A stretch of 64,000 nt of DNA from Eledone cirrhosa (Eukaryota), in assembly GCA_964016885.1 (NCBI GenBank), contig OZ024741.1, forward strand, positions 178,560,001-178,624,000, in the 5' to 3' direction. The first letter of the stretch is position 1. Every line of letters starts with the position of its first letter. Under the pieces are notes generated by a model. The model was given only the letters and a program-made list of their open reading frames with translations, was not told where the DNA came from and ran no database searches. Made by a program: the position numbers and the translations under genes. Positions 16,321 through 30,048 of this stretch are shown here, piece by piece.

Positions 16321-17504
16321 CTTCAGTATATGAGCATATTTATTAGAACTAGATTGTTCTTCTGGAAGACAATGGTCTGTACACAATTCCCGACGAACTG
16401 ATAGAAAAGCTGGTGAAATGGCAGAATTGTTAGGCCATTGACTGGACAATCTCATGTTAAGTATACACTCAACGTTTATATCACAAATCTTCCTTTCTGC
16501 TCGATGAAACAAAGGAATTAGTTTGATGTAGTAATGTTTAATATGTTTGACGATATGTGAACCGCAATCCATATATTGGCGTAGTCGTTACGGCGTCACA
16601 TATTATATCTCGTGATATTACTTTTCGTTTCCTGCGAGATCAACGTAGCCTTTCATCTAGAAAATTAAGTACCATTCTGTTACCGTGGGCTGGTAAAATT
16701 GTTAGAGCATCTGACGAAATACTTTGCGGTATTTATTTTGTTCAATTGGGTTTCAGTTAAAAATTGTCTTGGGATTTAAATTCTACTAATCCACATATCT
16801 AAATCCTCGTCTGTGGAGTCACAACTGATAGCGAAAGCTACAATGATTGGAGGATCTGCGGAGGATCCCGGAATAATCCTTCTAGGAGTGCATGCAAGCG
16901 TGGCAGAAAAGGATGGAAAAGTGAATTAGACACCAGGGTGATTACTCTGAAGGAGAAAACTCTTAGTGTAAAGTTTGGGTTTGAAATAAATCTTTTGTGA
17001 CATCAGTCCTGGAACTTTTCTGATACACCTCGTATGTTAATAGATATATCTCTAAACCTCAGAGTTCTTGGCATCAAATGCAACTTCTATCTACCTGTGT
17101 ATTATATGTAGGTTATTCAGTAATTGTATTGGTACTGTAGGCGTCACTAATATGAGCACTCGATGCTGTTAGTACAACAGGGTGATTCTTAATGAGGTTT
17201 GTACTTCTCGCGGCATCTGTGTTTTGTGTGCTTGTAATTAGCAGAGATTGAAATGTTTTGATTAGAATCCAGTCTGAAGAGCAGGTCCATACTCAACTTC
17301 ATACTACCTCCACCTGCCCTATTCCACTCATGCTAAACATCTAAAAGACAGCACAACGTTTAGTGCATTCGAAGGATGCAGGTTCCGATTCCTCGCAGGT
17401 ACCTGAGTCCACCTTTTCCCGTCTTCTGGGTAATTTTACATAATGTTTCTATAAATATTTGTACTGGACACCTTTTAATAGAATCACCACCTTTAGATGA
17501 CTAG

Positions 17505-17528
17505 ATTTTACACACAGACACACACACA

Positions 17529-17592
<64 letters not shown>

Positions 17593-17638
17593 GCGCGCGC
17601 ACGCACACACACACACACACAGACACACACACACACAG

Positions 17639-17720
<82 letters not shown>
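17505..17720. repeat. (CA)n microsatellite
   Basis: Direct reading. Confidence 0.95.
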
Positions 17721-17724
<4 letters not shown>

Positions 17725-17969
17725 TATGAAAATGACAGTAAATATTTTGTCCGAACTAAATGTTACCTGAGACTCAAAGACTTCAGTTTCCTGCTGTATT
17801 TTATAATAAAATGATTAATGTAGAATGGAGCTTATGACTTTATGTTTGGATTGACAGTTCAAAGGCAAACTCTATATTGTTAATACGATGGTAATACGTC
17901 ATGTAAGAGAGAGAATAAGTAAGCATTATTATATCTTTAAAAGTAGAAACAATTATTATATCTTTAAAT

Positions 17970-18162
17970 GGTGGTGGATTGGCAGTATCGGTAGAGGGTC
18001 GGACGCCATGCTTTGACGCATAGAGTTACGGCCCTTGCCATTCTGAGTTCAAATCCCGCCGAGGTTAACTTTGCCTTTCATCCTTACGGGGTCGATAACA
18101 TAAAGTACCAGTAATGTACTGGGTAATTGCTGGCCTTGTGCCAAACGTAGAAACAATTATTA
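17970..18162 (+). mobile_element. Full-length tRNA-derived SINE with target-site duplication
   Basis: Intact A-box TGGCAGTATCGG and B-box GAGTTCAAATCC; flanked by ATTATTATAT(C/A)TTTAAATGGT on both sides. Confidence 0.9.
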
Positions 18163-18887
18163 TATATTTAAATGGTTCATTAATAGAATGAACAGACCAT
18201 AAAACTAATTCATGATTGTTGTTACCATTGTGAGAAATATATCGTTTGATATATTTAACAATACCATAAGCATAAGTTTCACAACGATTGGGACTATAAT
18301 TATTATCGACAGAGACGTCTTCATTGTTTCAATAAACATTAACATCAGCGCCATGTTTCCAAAGACAAAATATCGTCGACGGCCTGACCTCTTAACTGAT
18401 TATTTATACTGCAGTTGTAGTTCAGATCAATGAATCTGTCTTATGGGTGAGACGAAAAAGCTGCCAGGATAACAGAAACTAATTTGATAATGAAATGAAT
18501 AAATGAATCATTAAGTAAACGTGAACCTATTATTTTTTTCACTTTTAGAAATTTACAATCATGAGTCTGTCATAATTCAGCTAAATATTCTTTGGATATG
18601 AAGCTGTTACATGTTGCGCATTACAAAAGGGATAAATGATTAATGACTGTGAAACACAGCCATCGATTTCTGTTAAAAATGCGACGCTGAAAAAGAGGAA
18701 TTCGTAAATCTTATAATGACTAGACACAATCAGCTTTACTGTGAATATATAAAATGGTAAATTTGCAAAAAAAGCAAATGGATCATGAATGTTATCTCTA
18801 ACAATTGTACACATCCGACTGAATAAAGATACAAACAACACAAACGGCATACGTTCCCTTGGTGTGAGATTTTTTATAATCCTATTT

Positions 18888-19052
18888 TCTTCTTCTTCTT
18901 CTTCTTCTTCTTCTTCTTCTTCTTCTTCTTCTTCTTCTTCGTCTTCTTCTTCTTCTTCTTCTTCTTCTTCTTCTTCTTCTTCTTCTTCTTCTTCTTCTTC
19001 TTCTTCTCCTTCTTCTTCTTCTTCTTCTTCTTCTTCTTCTTCTTCTTCTTCC
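18888..19052. repeat. (TTC)n microsatellite, ~55 units
   Basis: Direct reading. Confidence 0.95.
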
Positions 19053-19496
19053 TATCGTTAGGCTCGTGACACATACTTTTCAAATGACTCTATCAAAATC
19101 AACCATCTCCATATGATCACGATGGATCCTCAAGCAGCGAGATTAATCGAGTTTATGGTATTCGGTCTGTGGTCTACTACTGATTCTCCTGCCGATTGGA
19201 TTATTTGACCATAAAATCTGTCTTATGATTCTAACAACATGCAGATGTGAGCTTTCGAAGCGGAGAAGTAGCAACTGTACCTGGAGGGGCTTCTTAATCT
19301 CCGTGTTACCCTTCCTATAAAGAACTTTAGTTAAAAACCCTTCGGTCGCTTGTATCCGAGATGGTATTAGGCCGGTCATTACACAATATTTATGACCATA
19401 GATAATTCTAATCCGGAATAAAGAATAAAAGTTTGCGATTTGGAGTTTTAAACCCTTCTGATTACCACTTGTTAAAGCGTCACATTATTGCACAAA

Positions 19497-19717
19497 GGGC
19501 GGTGGATTGGCAGTATCGGTAGAGGGTCAGATGCCATGCTTTGCAGCATAGAGTCACGGCCGTTTATGATCTGAGTTCAAATCCCGCCGAGGTTAACTTT
19601 ACCTTTCATCATTACGGGGTCGAAAAATAAAGTACCAGTCTCGCACTGGGGTCGATTTAATCGACCTTCCCCTTTCCCAAAATTGCTGGTTTTGTGCCTA
19701 TATAAGAAACCATTATT
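19497..19717 (+). mobile_element. Full-length SINE, long variant, TSD CATTATTGCAC
   Basis: A/B boxes; extra GGGTCGATTTAATCGACC hairpin segment; CATTATTGCAC at 19483-19493 and 19711-19721. Confidence 0.88.
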
Positions 19718-20270
19718 GCACCATCTCCAGTAATTCCTACATTTAATTCAGCATCCTCCCGTCTATGAATCATAAAATTAACTCAGAGATACTTGAAGCT
19801 CCTCTGCTTAGGTGTAACTCTCCTCATGCTAGTTTTAACCTCGATTGCTAAAGTGTGTGTATGGCATGGTATGGCGACAGTTGTTGACATGGAATAGCAA
19901 TACTTGTGAAATCCGTTGTGATGGTCAAATATTTCCGGTTATTTTCTAAGCTGAAATGTCGCCGAAGAGGAAATTGTATTTGGGGCCCAAATATATCCTT
20001 GTCAAATACTTATTCGATTTAATCAAGTGTATCCACCACCACCACCACACACACCACCCTCACCTCCACCTGGGTTCTTTGGACTTTGGCATCTTTTCGT
20101 ATTGTATAATTTAATTATTGTCGCACAGAAGTTTCTTTTATTGTAGGGTTTCAGCAGCCACAGAACTGTTTCTTTTTATTTAGTTTCTATATTTTACGAC
20201 CTAACTAATGACAGGTATTATTTGACACTCTTACATACTATATTGATTTCTTATCTTTTAAAACGCTTTT

Positions 20271-20330
<60 letters not shown>

Positions 20331-21619
20331 GCTTCTTCTTCTATGGATAAAATACGTATATTCAGGTCATGGTTATCTGCTGCAGAATTTGACCCGGGAA
20401 AGCTAATATTATGTATATGTTGTGTACTGCATTTGGATTCCTTTTCATGATTTTTATCTGTTCCCTTTTAGTATTCCAAATATATCTGATATCATGTGGA
20501 TAGACTTTAGCTCTATGAACTCACAAAAGTATTTTACTTTTGAAATCGTTTCAAGCTCTCCCGGAGTTAATATGATACTGGCGTCAGATATCTTGGCATT
20601 CGTGCTTGGAATATTTAATTTAGTTAGCCATATTGTATACAACTGAGGTTGTTAAATATCCACCCTTCTTTGAATTGTTATTAGTTTAAATTTGTTGAAT
20701 TAATATTTTCAATTACCTGGCTTGAATCAATTCAATGTATAAATTTATTTTGAATCTTGTTTCTGATCAGTTTGGGATTTAATCCATATGAATATTGTAA
20801 CAGAATTATCGTAATGCCAATCTAGTTACAACACCGACAACTTCAAATACAAGTTTCTCTACGACATCTGCTCCTAAGTGTGTGTACTTATAATTCACTC
20901 GTTTATATTGACGCCTTTCAGGCTCTTAAATTCAAAATCACGATCCTCCTTCTCCGGGTGTTTTGATCCTGCTTTAACTCCTTAAATTTTATACAAGAAC
21001 ATCTTTTAAAACATAAAATTTATAAATAAATAACTCTTTGTAAAGTAGTACATAGTCTTCATTGGCCATTTGTTTCCAGTAACACATTTGACCTCATATT
21101 AACCACAGAAGCTTTCCGAGTCGAATATTAAAGAACAAAGAAAATGTTTCCACCAATATTGATTCCAGAAGATCGTTTTACTTAATTATATTTCGCACTG
21201 AAATGTCAAATTTAAAAGATTAATTTCATACACATCAAAAGAAAACGTTTATATTAGAATAGTTCGGTACATTTTCCATAGAACCTGCTTTTAATTTAAA
21301 ACAGATAAGGATTATCTACGATTATTTATCAAATAAAGTAGCAAGGAAATATTAGCAATATTTTTGCACTCGTGCATTTATTTGGATATAGATTTATTCT
21401 TTAATTAAAGCATTATTTTCATTCGTATGAAAACCAAAATTGACTTACTCTATTTACCAGTTTCAATCTTAAAACTTCGACCATGCAGAGGTACTGTCTT
21501 AAATAGAGTACTTCAGCACATCGACCGCAGTAATTATTCTTTTAAAATCTGATGATAAAATAGATTTTGTGTATACGAGTAGATATACGTGTATACAGGT
21601 GTGTGCGCATGTATGCGTA

Positions 21620-22600
21620 TAGAATAGAAAGAACTAGGAATAAGGTTAATAGAATAAACTCATGGTATGATAGCAATAAATACCAGAGTGTAATGTTCAT
21701 CGATACAACCTCTAGAGGTGAATTAGCTTACACATTTAGAAGGGCCCTGGATAAACATAAACTCAATATTAAGATAGTAGAAAGACCAGGTACCTCCATA
21801 AAAACACTTTTTAGCAATACATACCATTTTCAAAGACCTCCCTGTATAGATAAGAAATGTATAATCTGTAAACTAAGCCCCCATATTAACTGTAAAACTA
21901 TAAATGTAGTATATAGCATAAGATGTACTGAAGGAGAATGTAGAGATAAGAATTTAGTGTACATAGGTGAGACAGATCGTAGTATAGGAGAACGGATAAA
22001 TGAACACTGGCGAGAGCTTCAAGATAGTAAAGAATCATCTGTAATCCACCAACATGCTAAATTAGAACATAAGGGTAAATTAGAGAACATAGAAATAAAA
22101 ATAGAATCTACACACAGAAAAGACGCAATGTTTAGACAAATCACAGAGGCAATAAACATAAATGAACTCCAACCAAATTAAATAGAAAACATGAATGGAA
22201 TAGCAACATCACAACTTACAATTAAGGACAAAATTAAAACACACACACACAGAACAAACAACCAACCAGTAACATGTAAATAAACAAATAAATAAACAAA
22301 TATAAACACACACAGACACCCGGATGTAACACATGCGCAAACTAAGCACACAACACACACAAAAACAAGATGGCGTAGGACAGAACAAAGGAGAGGCACA
22401 AAAACAAAAAAAGAATCCCCAGTCACTGAAGAGGTCACAGAATTTGTGACGAAAGAACTTTGACAATATATGAACAATCGTCTGGTTGTGGAACCAACCA
22501 ACAAACCGGAAATTTATAAATTTAATTTATAATAAATTGAAGTGAAAGCAACTGGTGTGTGTGTTTCTTATTGGAAACATGACCTTGCCAAAGCATAACA
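21620..22600 (+). mobile_element. Penelope-like element 3' portion (Cys-rich linker + GIY-YIG) with HHR-containing tail
   Basis: ORF 21567-22181: C..KKCIIC...NCKTINVVYSIRC...C...YIGETDRSIGERINEH...HQH...RQITEAINI...PN. Confidence 0.88.
22422..22464 (+). ncRNA. Minimal type I hammerhead ribozyme in PLE 3' region
   Basis: GTCA-CTGAAGA-G-GTCACA-GAATT-TGTGAC-GAAA-GAAC-TT-TGAC. Stem I GTCA/TGAC, 6-bp stem II. Confidence 0.8.
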
Positions 22601-22614
22601 ATATATATATATAT

Positions 22615-23066
<452 letters not shown>

Positions 23067-23142
23067 TGTATGCATATATAAATATATATATATATACACA
23101 CACACTCACACACGCACATATATGTATATACGTATATATATA

Positions 23143-23202
23143 ACCGGCCTGAAGAGATCATAGCTGTTGAATTGTGGCTATCACCGAAATATATATAACG
23201 GT
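23143..23202 (+). ncRNA. Type I hammerhead ribozyme (family of 395-449)
   Basis: ACCGGC-CTGAAGA-GATCATAGCT-GTTGAATTGT-GGCTATCACC-GAAA-TATATA-TA-ACGGT. The downstream tail 23250-23340 resembles 805-900. Confidence 0.65.
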
Positions 23203-23708
23203 AATAAAAGAAGTAAATTATGAAATTTTGCCCTATACCTCTTGCTTATAAATTTACTCCGGAGTTAACAGACCTTCCTGTGGACTACATTGAGTGCTCT
23301 ACCCTGCATACTGAAGTGTTGGCTTTAAACTAACACATAATCTGTACGCTTTCTACACACACATACACATAACACAATACACACATACATACACATACGC
23401 TACTCTCTGCAACCTACACCCATACACACCTGCCTGTTTACAACAGCCAACGACCTCTCACGAAGACACAAAAACAATCGCTCTCGATCACCATATTCTG
23501 TTTTGTTTGCACCACCTCCTCCCTTCCCTCCCACATATTTTCCTGCCATTACCTCCCTCTTCTCCCACTCTTTCGACTTGACCACCACTTCCGGTTGTGC
23601 ACGCCACGCTGCCATTTCACTTCCTCATCGTAATTGTTCTCTTGCTCGGACCAGGACTTTACCACATGTTGAAATCCACCTCCTGTACCCTCGGATTTAG
23701 TTACCATC

Positions 23709-23740
<32 letters not shown>

Positions 23741-23873
23741 CACACAAACACTCAAACATCCATACAGAAACAGAGACACACAGACACTTGCACCATTTCC
23801 GCACACACGCAACTACACAGCATATACTAATCCACATCACCCCTTAGACATACGACGCATTCACTTCTTTTAA

Positions 23874-23926
<53 letters not shown>

Positions 23927-24232
23927 CAAGTCTACACATGTACCCACACTTCACCCTAAATTTGACATAAATCATACTGGTTTTTGAGGAAACACCTTTC
24001 CTCTATTTTTTTAACTTTTTTTTAACTTAATTGTTTAAGCGTCAGTCATACAAAAGTGAGTTACAAACGAAACGAAATTTAATTTCGTTTCGTTATTTGT
24101 TTTTATCGTCTCCGTTGAACCGGTACGTACTCACACTCTATGCAAATTAGTCTGCCCACTACTAATTTTCATCGAAAAAGCATATAACGATATGTGCTTT
24201 TACGATTCTCCAGAAAGGCCGGTAGATAGGTA

Positions 24233-24277
24233 AATATTGCTGATGAGTTGTAACAACAACGAAACTAGTTCAATATT
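24233..24277 (+). ncRNA. Canonical minimal type I hammerhead ribozyme
   Basis: AATATTG-CTGATGA-GTTG-TAACAA-CAAC-GAAA-CTAG-TT-CAATATT. 7-bp stem I, 4-bp stem II, palindromic stem III ACTAGT, GUU cleavage site. Confidence 0.9.
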
Positions 24278-24592
24278 CCTTGTCTGGCTTTCTGGAGAAT
24301 AGAGGAAAGGTGTTTCCTCAAAAACCAGTATGACTCTAAAAACCGGTTTGTCTGTGTGTTTACATACAGAATAGCTGGATACTCACAGTAAAGTAACCAG
24401 TGAAAGACTTGGTACATCTACATATGTATACGTGTGTGTATTCATATGCATACTAGTATTTCAGTATACATATATGGATGTACATTTTTAACTTAATTGT
24501 TTAAGCGTCAGTCATACAAAAGTGAGTTACAAACGAAACGAAATTTAATTTCGTTTCGTTATTTGTTTTTATATATATATATATATATATAT

Positions 24593-24802
24593 ATAGGAAC
24601 GAGTAGGACCCCGACGGCTGAGCTCAAGCCGTTTCGACGGCTAATTCTCGACTAAAATTTAGTCCAGAATTAGCCGTCGAAACGGCTTGAGCTCAGCTGT
24701 CGGGGTGGTCCTACTTGTTCCTATTACCCACTCTACTACCCTAAGTATTGAGTACTTTGGTGCGTTATGGTCCACCTGGTTCCTTACCATATTTCCTTCG
24801 TT
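24593..24802 (+). mobile_element. Foldback PLE pLTR tail (second copy of 9897-10091) in (TA)n
   Basis: Near-identical hairpin plus tail, flanked by TA repeats. Confidence 0.75.
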
Positions 24803-25901
24803 ATATATATATATATAATAAATTTCAGAAGATCCCGTTAAGGGTGAAAGCAGTGATTCTTTGCTTAAACTTTAATCTGTTATTTTAATAAATATATATA
24901 TATAAACGAGGTGTTGAACTAAACAGAATGTAAATATAATAGTAAACGGACGAATTATTATGCCTTCATTACCGTTATAAAGTAGTGACGCGCGTTTCAC
25001 CTTTGATTCCAGAGTCGACCGCATCGATACAGATCGAACCTTGAGCTGATTGATAGCGAAAGGACGCCACTACTCAAAAAACATAATGAAGACATAAGAA
25101 TTCGTACTTTTACTATTATATATATATATATAATAAACCTGTGTGAATACAGCTGCTATAGCCTCGGGCTAACCAGAGACGTGTGAGGTATTTAGTAGTT
25201 ATATATGACTTTGTACGTCTCCCCAACTGTCCAATTTGTATTTACGAATGTCTGCTATTATATTCCGTAACTTAGTTGTTCGACAAAACAGAATCGATGA
25301 AGCAAGTACCAAACTTGCAACTATGTATTACATCGATATGATGAACTAAATCAAGACACCTCTCAAGTATTGGCGCAACGTACTGAAGGAAACGGATAAA
25401 AATATATGTGTGTATGTGTGTTTGTGCATCAACATGAAAAATTATATAAATTCAAATATGTAAATATAATGATATTTTCACAATTCTGTGTAACATCATA
25501 GTTAAAAAGTTATACGTAAAGCTATATAATTATAGAAGCCCGAAAATTTCGAAAACTAACAAAAATGTTGCCTGTTTTATGTTAAAGAAATCATTCAGCC
25601 AGAGTCATACTTCATCATATAATATTGTTAGATATTTTTCATATCCATTTTAGAATTACGTTATATTGTCGTTGAAGAAATGTTCAAATTGTAAATAAGC
25701 CGTCATAGTCCTACGGCACGACCAGTCAATTGAAGATACGTAAAAGGAATTGAATGATTAAATTACTTTTATCACAATCTAGCTATTATATCACTCTTAC
25801 TAACTCATATATATATATATATATATATATGTAATCTATATATGTGTGTGTGTGTATGTATACATGCATATATATATATGCATGTATACATATACATACA
25901 T

Positions 25902-25935
<34 letters not shown>

Positions 25936-26067
25936 GCATGTATATATATATATACATGCATATGTATATGTATGTGTGTGTGTATGTATGTATATATATG
26001 TATACATGCATGTATATATATTTATATATATATATTTAAAAGAATAGAGGTGTAACACACAAGTTAT

Positions 26068-26587
26068 TATATATTGGTAAACGGAATAGAAAATGCTGAC
26101 AAATTGTTCACAGTGAAAAATAGTTTAATTAGGAATAAGTGAGAATTAGTAATTGTATTGGTTAGTATTCAGTTTTGGTTTTAAGTTTTACCGGTTGCGC
26201 ATTTCTAATGCTTTTCAAAAATAATTTTGAGATAGAGCGTCCGTGATGTTTGCTCTTATCTTATTAGTTTCGGGAATTCTACCTGTTTTTATGTTAAAAA
26301 AGTGGCTCCAGCGGTATTAAAATAAATTTTGCGCCAATTCGTGTTGCAAAAATTCTTGTGGTCAAAACAATTTTGATTGGTCTGTAGAGGTGATGTGAAT
26401 GTAAAAAATTGATTTTGCGCCAAATGTAGGTTTGTGTCGGTTGACTGAGAAATGCCTCTTTCACAACAAATATGTGTGTGTGTGTGTGTGTGTAGTAGTA
26501 GTAGTAAAGTGTTCGTTGTTGTGATAATGGATAGCAGGGATGTGTGTGCGAACCGCAGCCTGTTGACAGTTCAAATGCCTATTAAGA

Positions 26588-26668
<81 letters not shown>

Positions 26669-26834
26669 CAGAGTAATTCTAGGTAGAGGGATGGTCAGTA
26701 GGAATGTGTCTGTAAGTGAGTGGGGGATATTTTAACATGTTAAAAGATATTTTTCAGCTCTTGCCTTATACGGAGAAGTGTGTGTGTGTATATGTCTCTT
26801 TGTATGTTAATTAACGCGTGTGTATGTGTGTGTG

Positions 26835-26872
<38 letters not shown>

Positions 26873-29259
26873 TGTGTGTGTATGGGTGGACTAGTATTTT
26901 TGTCCTGGTAAAATGGTGTACATTATTCGATATTTTCAGTAAAATCGATTCCCTCAATAGAACATCGAAAACCTTAATAATAAAAGGTGTGGAATGATAT
27001 ATAGTATTGGCATAATACCAATGTGTGTGTGAGTGTGTGTGTGTGTGTCCAGATTGTACGTACTGAAAGGGGGATCCCTTAGGCCTTGCCGTATTGGAAT
27101 ACCTGTGCACAAATATGTATCTGAAGTGTGTCCAGAAATTGTATACCTGTGAACAAATTGTACACATGTGCACAAGTTGTACACATGCATCTGAAGTGTA
27201 TCCAGAAATTGTATACCTGTGTACAAATATGTATCTGGAGTGTATCCAGATTGCACGTACTGCAAGGGGAATTCATTAGGCTTTGCCGTATTGGAATACT
27301 TGTGCACAAAAATGTATGTGCCCATCAGTGTGCAATGCATGTGTGCGTTTAAGTATGTGTGTCGGCACCTTTATATCTATAGACATCAAAAGGTATGCAA
27401 ATTTGTGTATATTTGTGTTGCACCATAGAACATGTGTGTTTACGTATGTCATTGTGTTTATATGTGGGTAGAGATGTGTGCTGATGTAGGTATGTATGTT
27501 GACGTGTGTATGTTGTGGGTTCGTCTTAAGGAGAAGTGTTTAGACGGGGTCCGTATTTGTTAATAAAGTAAGATGCCTTGCTGATGCGCTGGGTGTGGGT
27601 GGCATTATCTTTAAATTTGTAGAGGGGAAAGATTCTGAAGTTGGGATGATTTGGGGCGGCACAGGTATCAATGTGTTCACTCAGTGGTATTTTCCTGTAT
27701 TCCCGTATTTTAATTTGGGATCTATGGACAGTCATGCGTTGGCAGAGGCGTTTTTGGTCTGGCCTATGTATTGTTCTCGACAACCTGAGCAAATTAATAC
27801 ATATATTAGATTTTCCGATGCACATGTGAAATTTTGTTTTACTATAAAACGTTGTCCTTCTTTGAAATAGAATTCCGAACCCTCTATTAGGTTGATGCAA
27901 ATGCCACAGTGGGGTCTATCGCATTTTTTTTACTGTGGGTTTCGTTGTTGTGGTTGGCAGTACTTTGGCATGTGTTAGGATGTTTTTCATTGACTTAGAT
28001 TGTCTTTTGCTCTTTATGATATCGTGTGTTCGTAGGATTTGGTTCATTCTATGGTCCTTTTTGAACATCGGAAAATCTAATATATGTATTAACTTGCTCA
28101 GGTTGTCGAGAACAATACATAGGCCAGACCAAAAACAGCCTCCACCAACGCATGACTGTCCATACATCCCAAATTAAAATACGGGAATACAGCAAAATAC
28201 CACTGAGTGAACATATTGATGCCTGTGCCGCCCAAAATCATCCCAACTTCAGAATCTTTCCCCTCTACAAATCTAAAGATAATGCCACCCACACCCAGCG
28301 CATCAGCAAGGAATCTTAATTTATTAACAAATACGGACCCCGTCTAAACACTTCTCCCTAAGACGAACCCACAACATACATACCTACATCAGCACACATC
28401 TCTACCCACATATAAACACAATGACATACGTAAACACACATGTTCTATGGTGCAATACAAATATACACAAATTTGCATACCTTTTGATGTCTATAGATAT
28501 AAACGTGCCGACACACACACATACATAAACGCACACATGCATTTCACACTGATGGGCACATACATGTTTGTGCACAGGTATTCCAATACGGCAAAGCCTA
28601 ATGAATTCCCCTTGCAGTACGTGCAATCTGGACACACTCTATATACATATTTGTACACAGGTATACAATTTCTGGACACTCTCCAGATGCATGTGTACAA
28701 TTTGTGCACAAGTATACAATTTGTGCACAGGTATACAATTTCTGGACACACTCCAGATACATATTTGTGCACAGGTATTCCAATACGACAAGGCCTTACA
28801 ATCTGGACACACTCCAGATACATATTTGTGCACAGGTATACAATTTCTGGACACACTCCAGATGCATGTGTACAATTTGTGCACAAATATACAATTTGTG
28901 CACAAGTATACAATTTCTGGACACACTCCAGATACATATTTGTGCACAGGTATTCCAATACGGCAAGGCCTAGGGGATCCCCCTTTCAGTACGTACAATC
29001 TGGACACACACACCCACTCACACACACCTTGGTATTATGCCAATACTATATATCATTTCACACCTTTTATTATTAAGGTTTTTGATGTTCTATTGAGAGA
29101 ATCGATTTTACTGAAAATATCGAATAATGTACACCATTTTACCAGGAAAAAAATACTGGTCCACCCACACACACACACAGCACACACACATTATCACACA
29201 CACATATATATACACACACACATACACACGCGTACATTAACATACAAAAAGACATACAC

Positions 29260-29319
<60 letters not shown>

Positions 29320-29959
29320 CTCCGTATAAGACAAGAGCTGAAAAATATCTTTTAACATGTTAAAATATCCCCCACTCACTTACAGACACATTCCTACTGA
29401 CCATCCCTCTACCACGAATTACTCTGCTACACACACACACACACACACACTTGTCTTAATAGGCATTTGAACTGTCAACAGGCTGCGGATCGCACACACA
29501 TCCCTGCTGACCATTATCACAACAACGAACACTTTACTACTACTACACACACACACACACACACATATTTGTTGTGAAAGAGTCATTTCTCAATCAGCCG
29601 ACACAAACCTACATTTGGCGCAAAATCAATTTTTTACATTCACATGACCTCTACCGACCAATCAAAATTGTTTGACCACAAGAATTTTTGCAACACGAAT
29701 TGACGCAAAACTTATTTTAATACCGCTGGAGCCACTTTTTTAACATAAAAACGGGTAGAATTCCCAAAACTAATCATAGAAGAGCAAACATCACGGACGC
29801 TCTATCTCAAATTTATTTTTGAAAAGCATTAGAAATGCGCAACCGGTAAAACTTAAAACCAAAACTGAATACTAACCAATACAATTACTAATTCTCACTT
29901 ATTCCTAATTAAACTATTTTTCACTGTGAAAAATTTATCAGCATTTTCTATTCCGTTTA

Positions 29960-29967
<8 letters not shown>
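26068..29967. mobile_element. Penelope-like element as a 3.9-kb palindrome (arms 26068-27820 and 28066-29967) with GIY-YIG remnant
   Basis: Arms are reverse complements. Plus arm encodes SENLIYVLTCSGCREQYIGQT...SEHID...FINKYGPRLN. The spacer continues the minus-strand frame (RQSKSMKNILT...CDRPHCGIC). Confidence 0.9.
28560..29010 (+). repeat. Compound minisatellite within PLE 3' region (mirror copy ~27050-27330)
   Basis: Shuffled modules TGTGCACAGGTATACAATT / TCTGGACACACTCCAGAT / ACATATT. Confidence 0.85.

Positions 29968-30037
<70 letters not shown>

Positions 30038-30048
<11 letters not shown>

Noticed and set aside
17970-18060. tRNA genes
   Set aside because: A/B boxes present but no complete cloverleaf; they continue into a SINE body and tail.
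24980-25075. Minus-strand GAAACGCGCGTC-ACTACT resembling an HHR 3' half
   Set aside because: No CTGANGA core after the matching AGTAGT strand; too incomplete to call.
28447-29329. Long overlapping ORFs (209 aa, 253 aa) with repeated peptides
   Set aside because: Open in several frames because of a stop-poor minisatellite in a PLE tail.
29785-29850. GAAATGCGCAAC near the PLE 3' end as an HHR
   Set aside because: All three copies lack CTGANGA and the UH cleavage dinucleotide.
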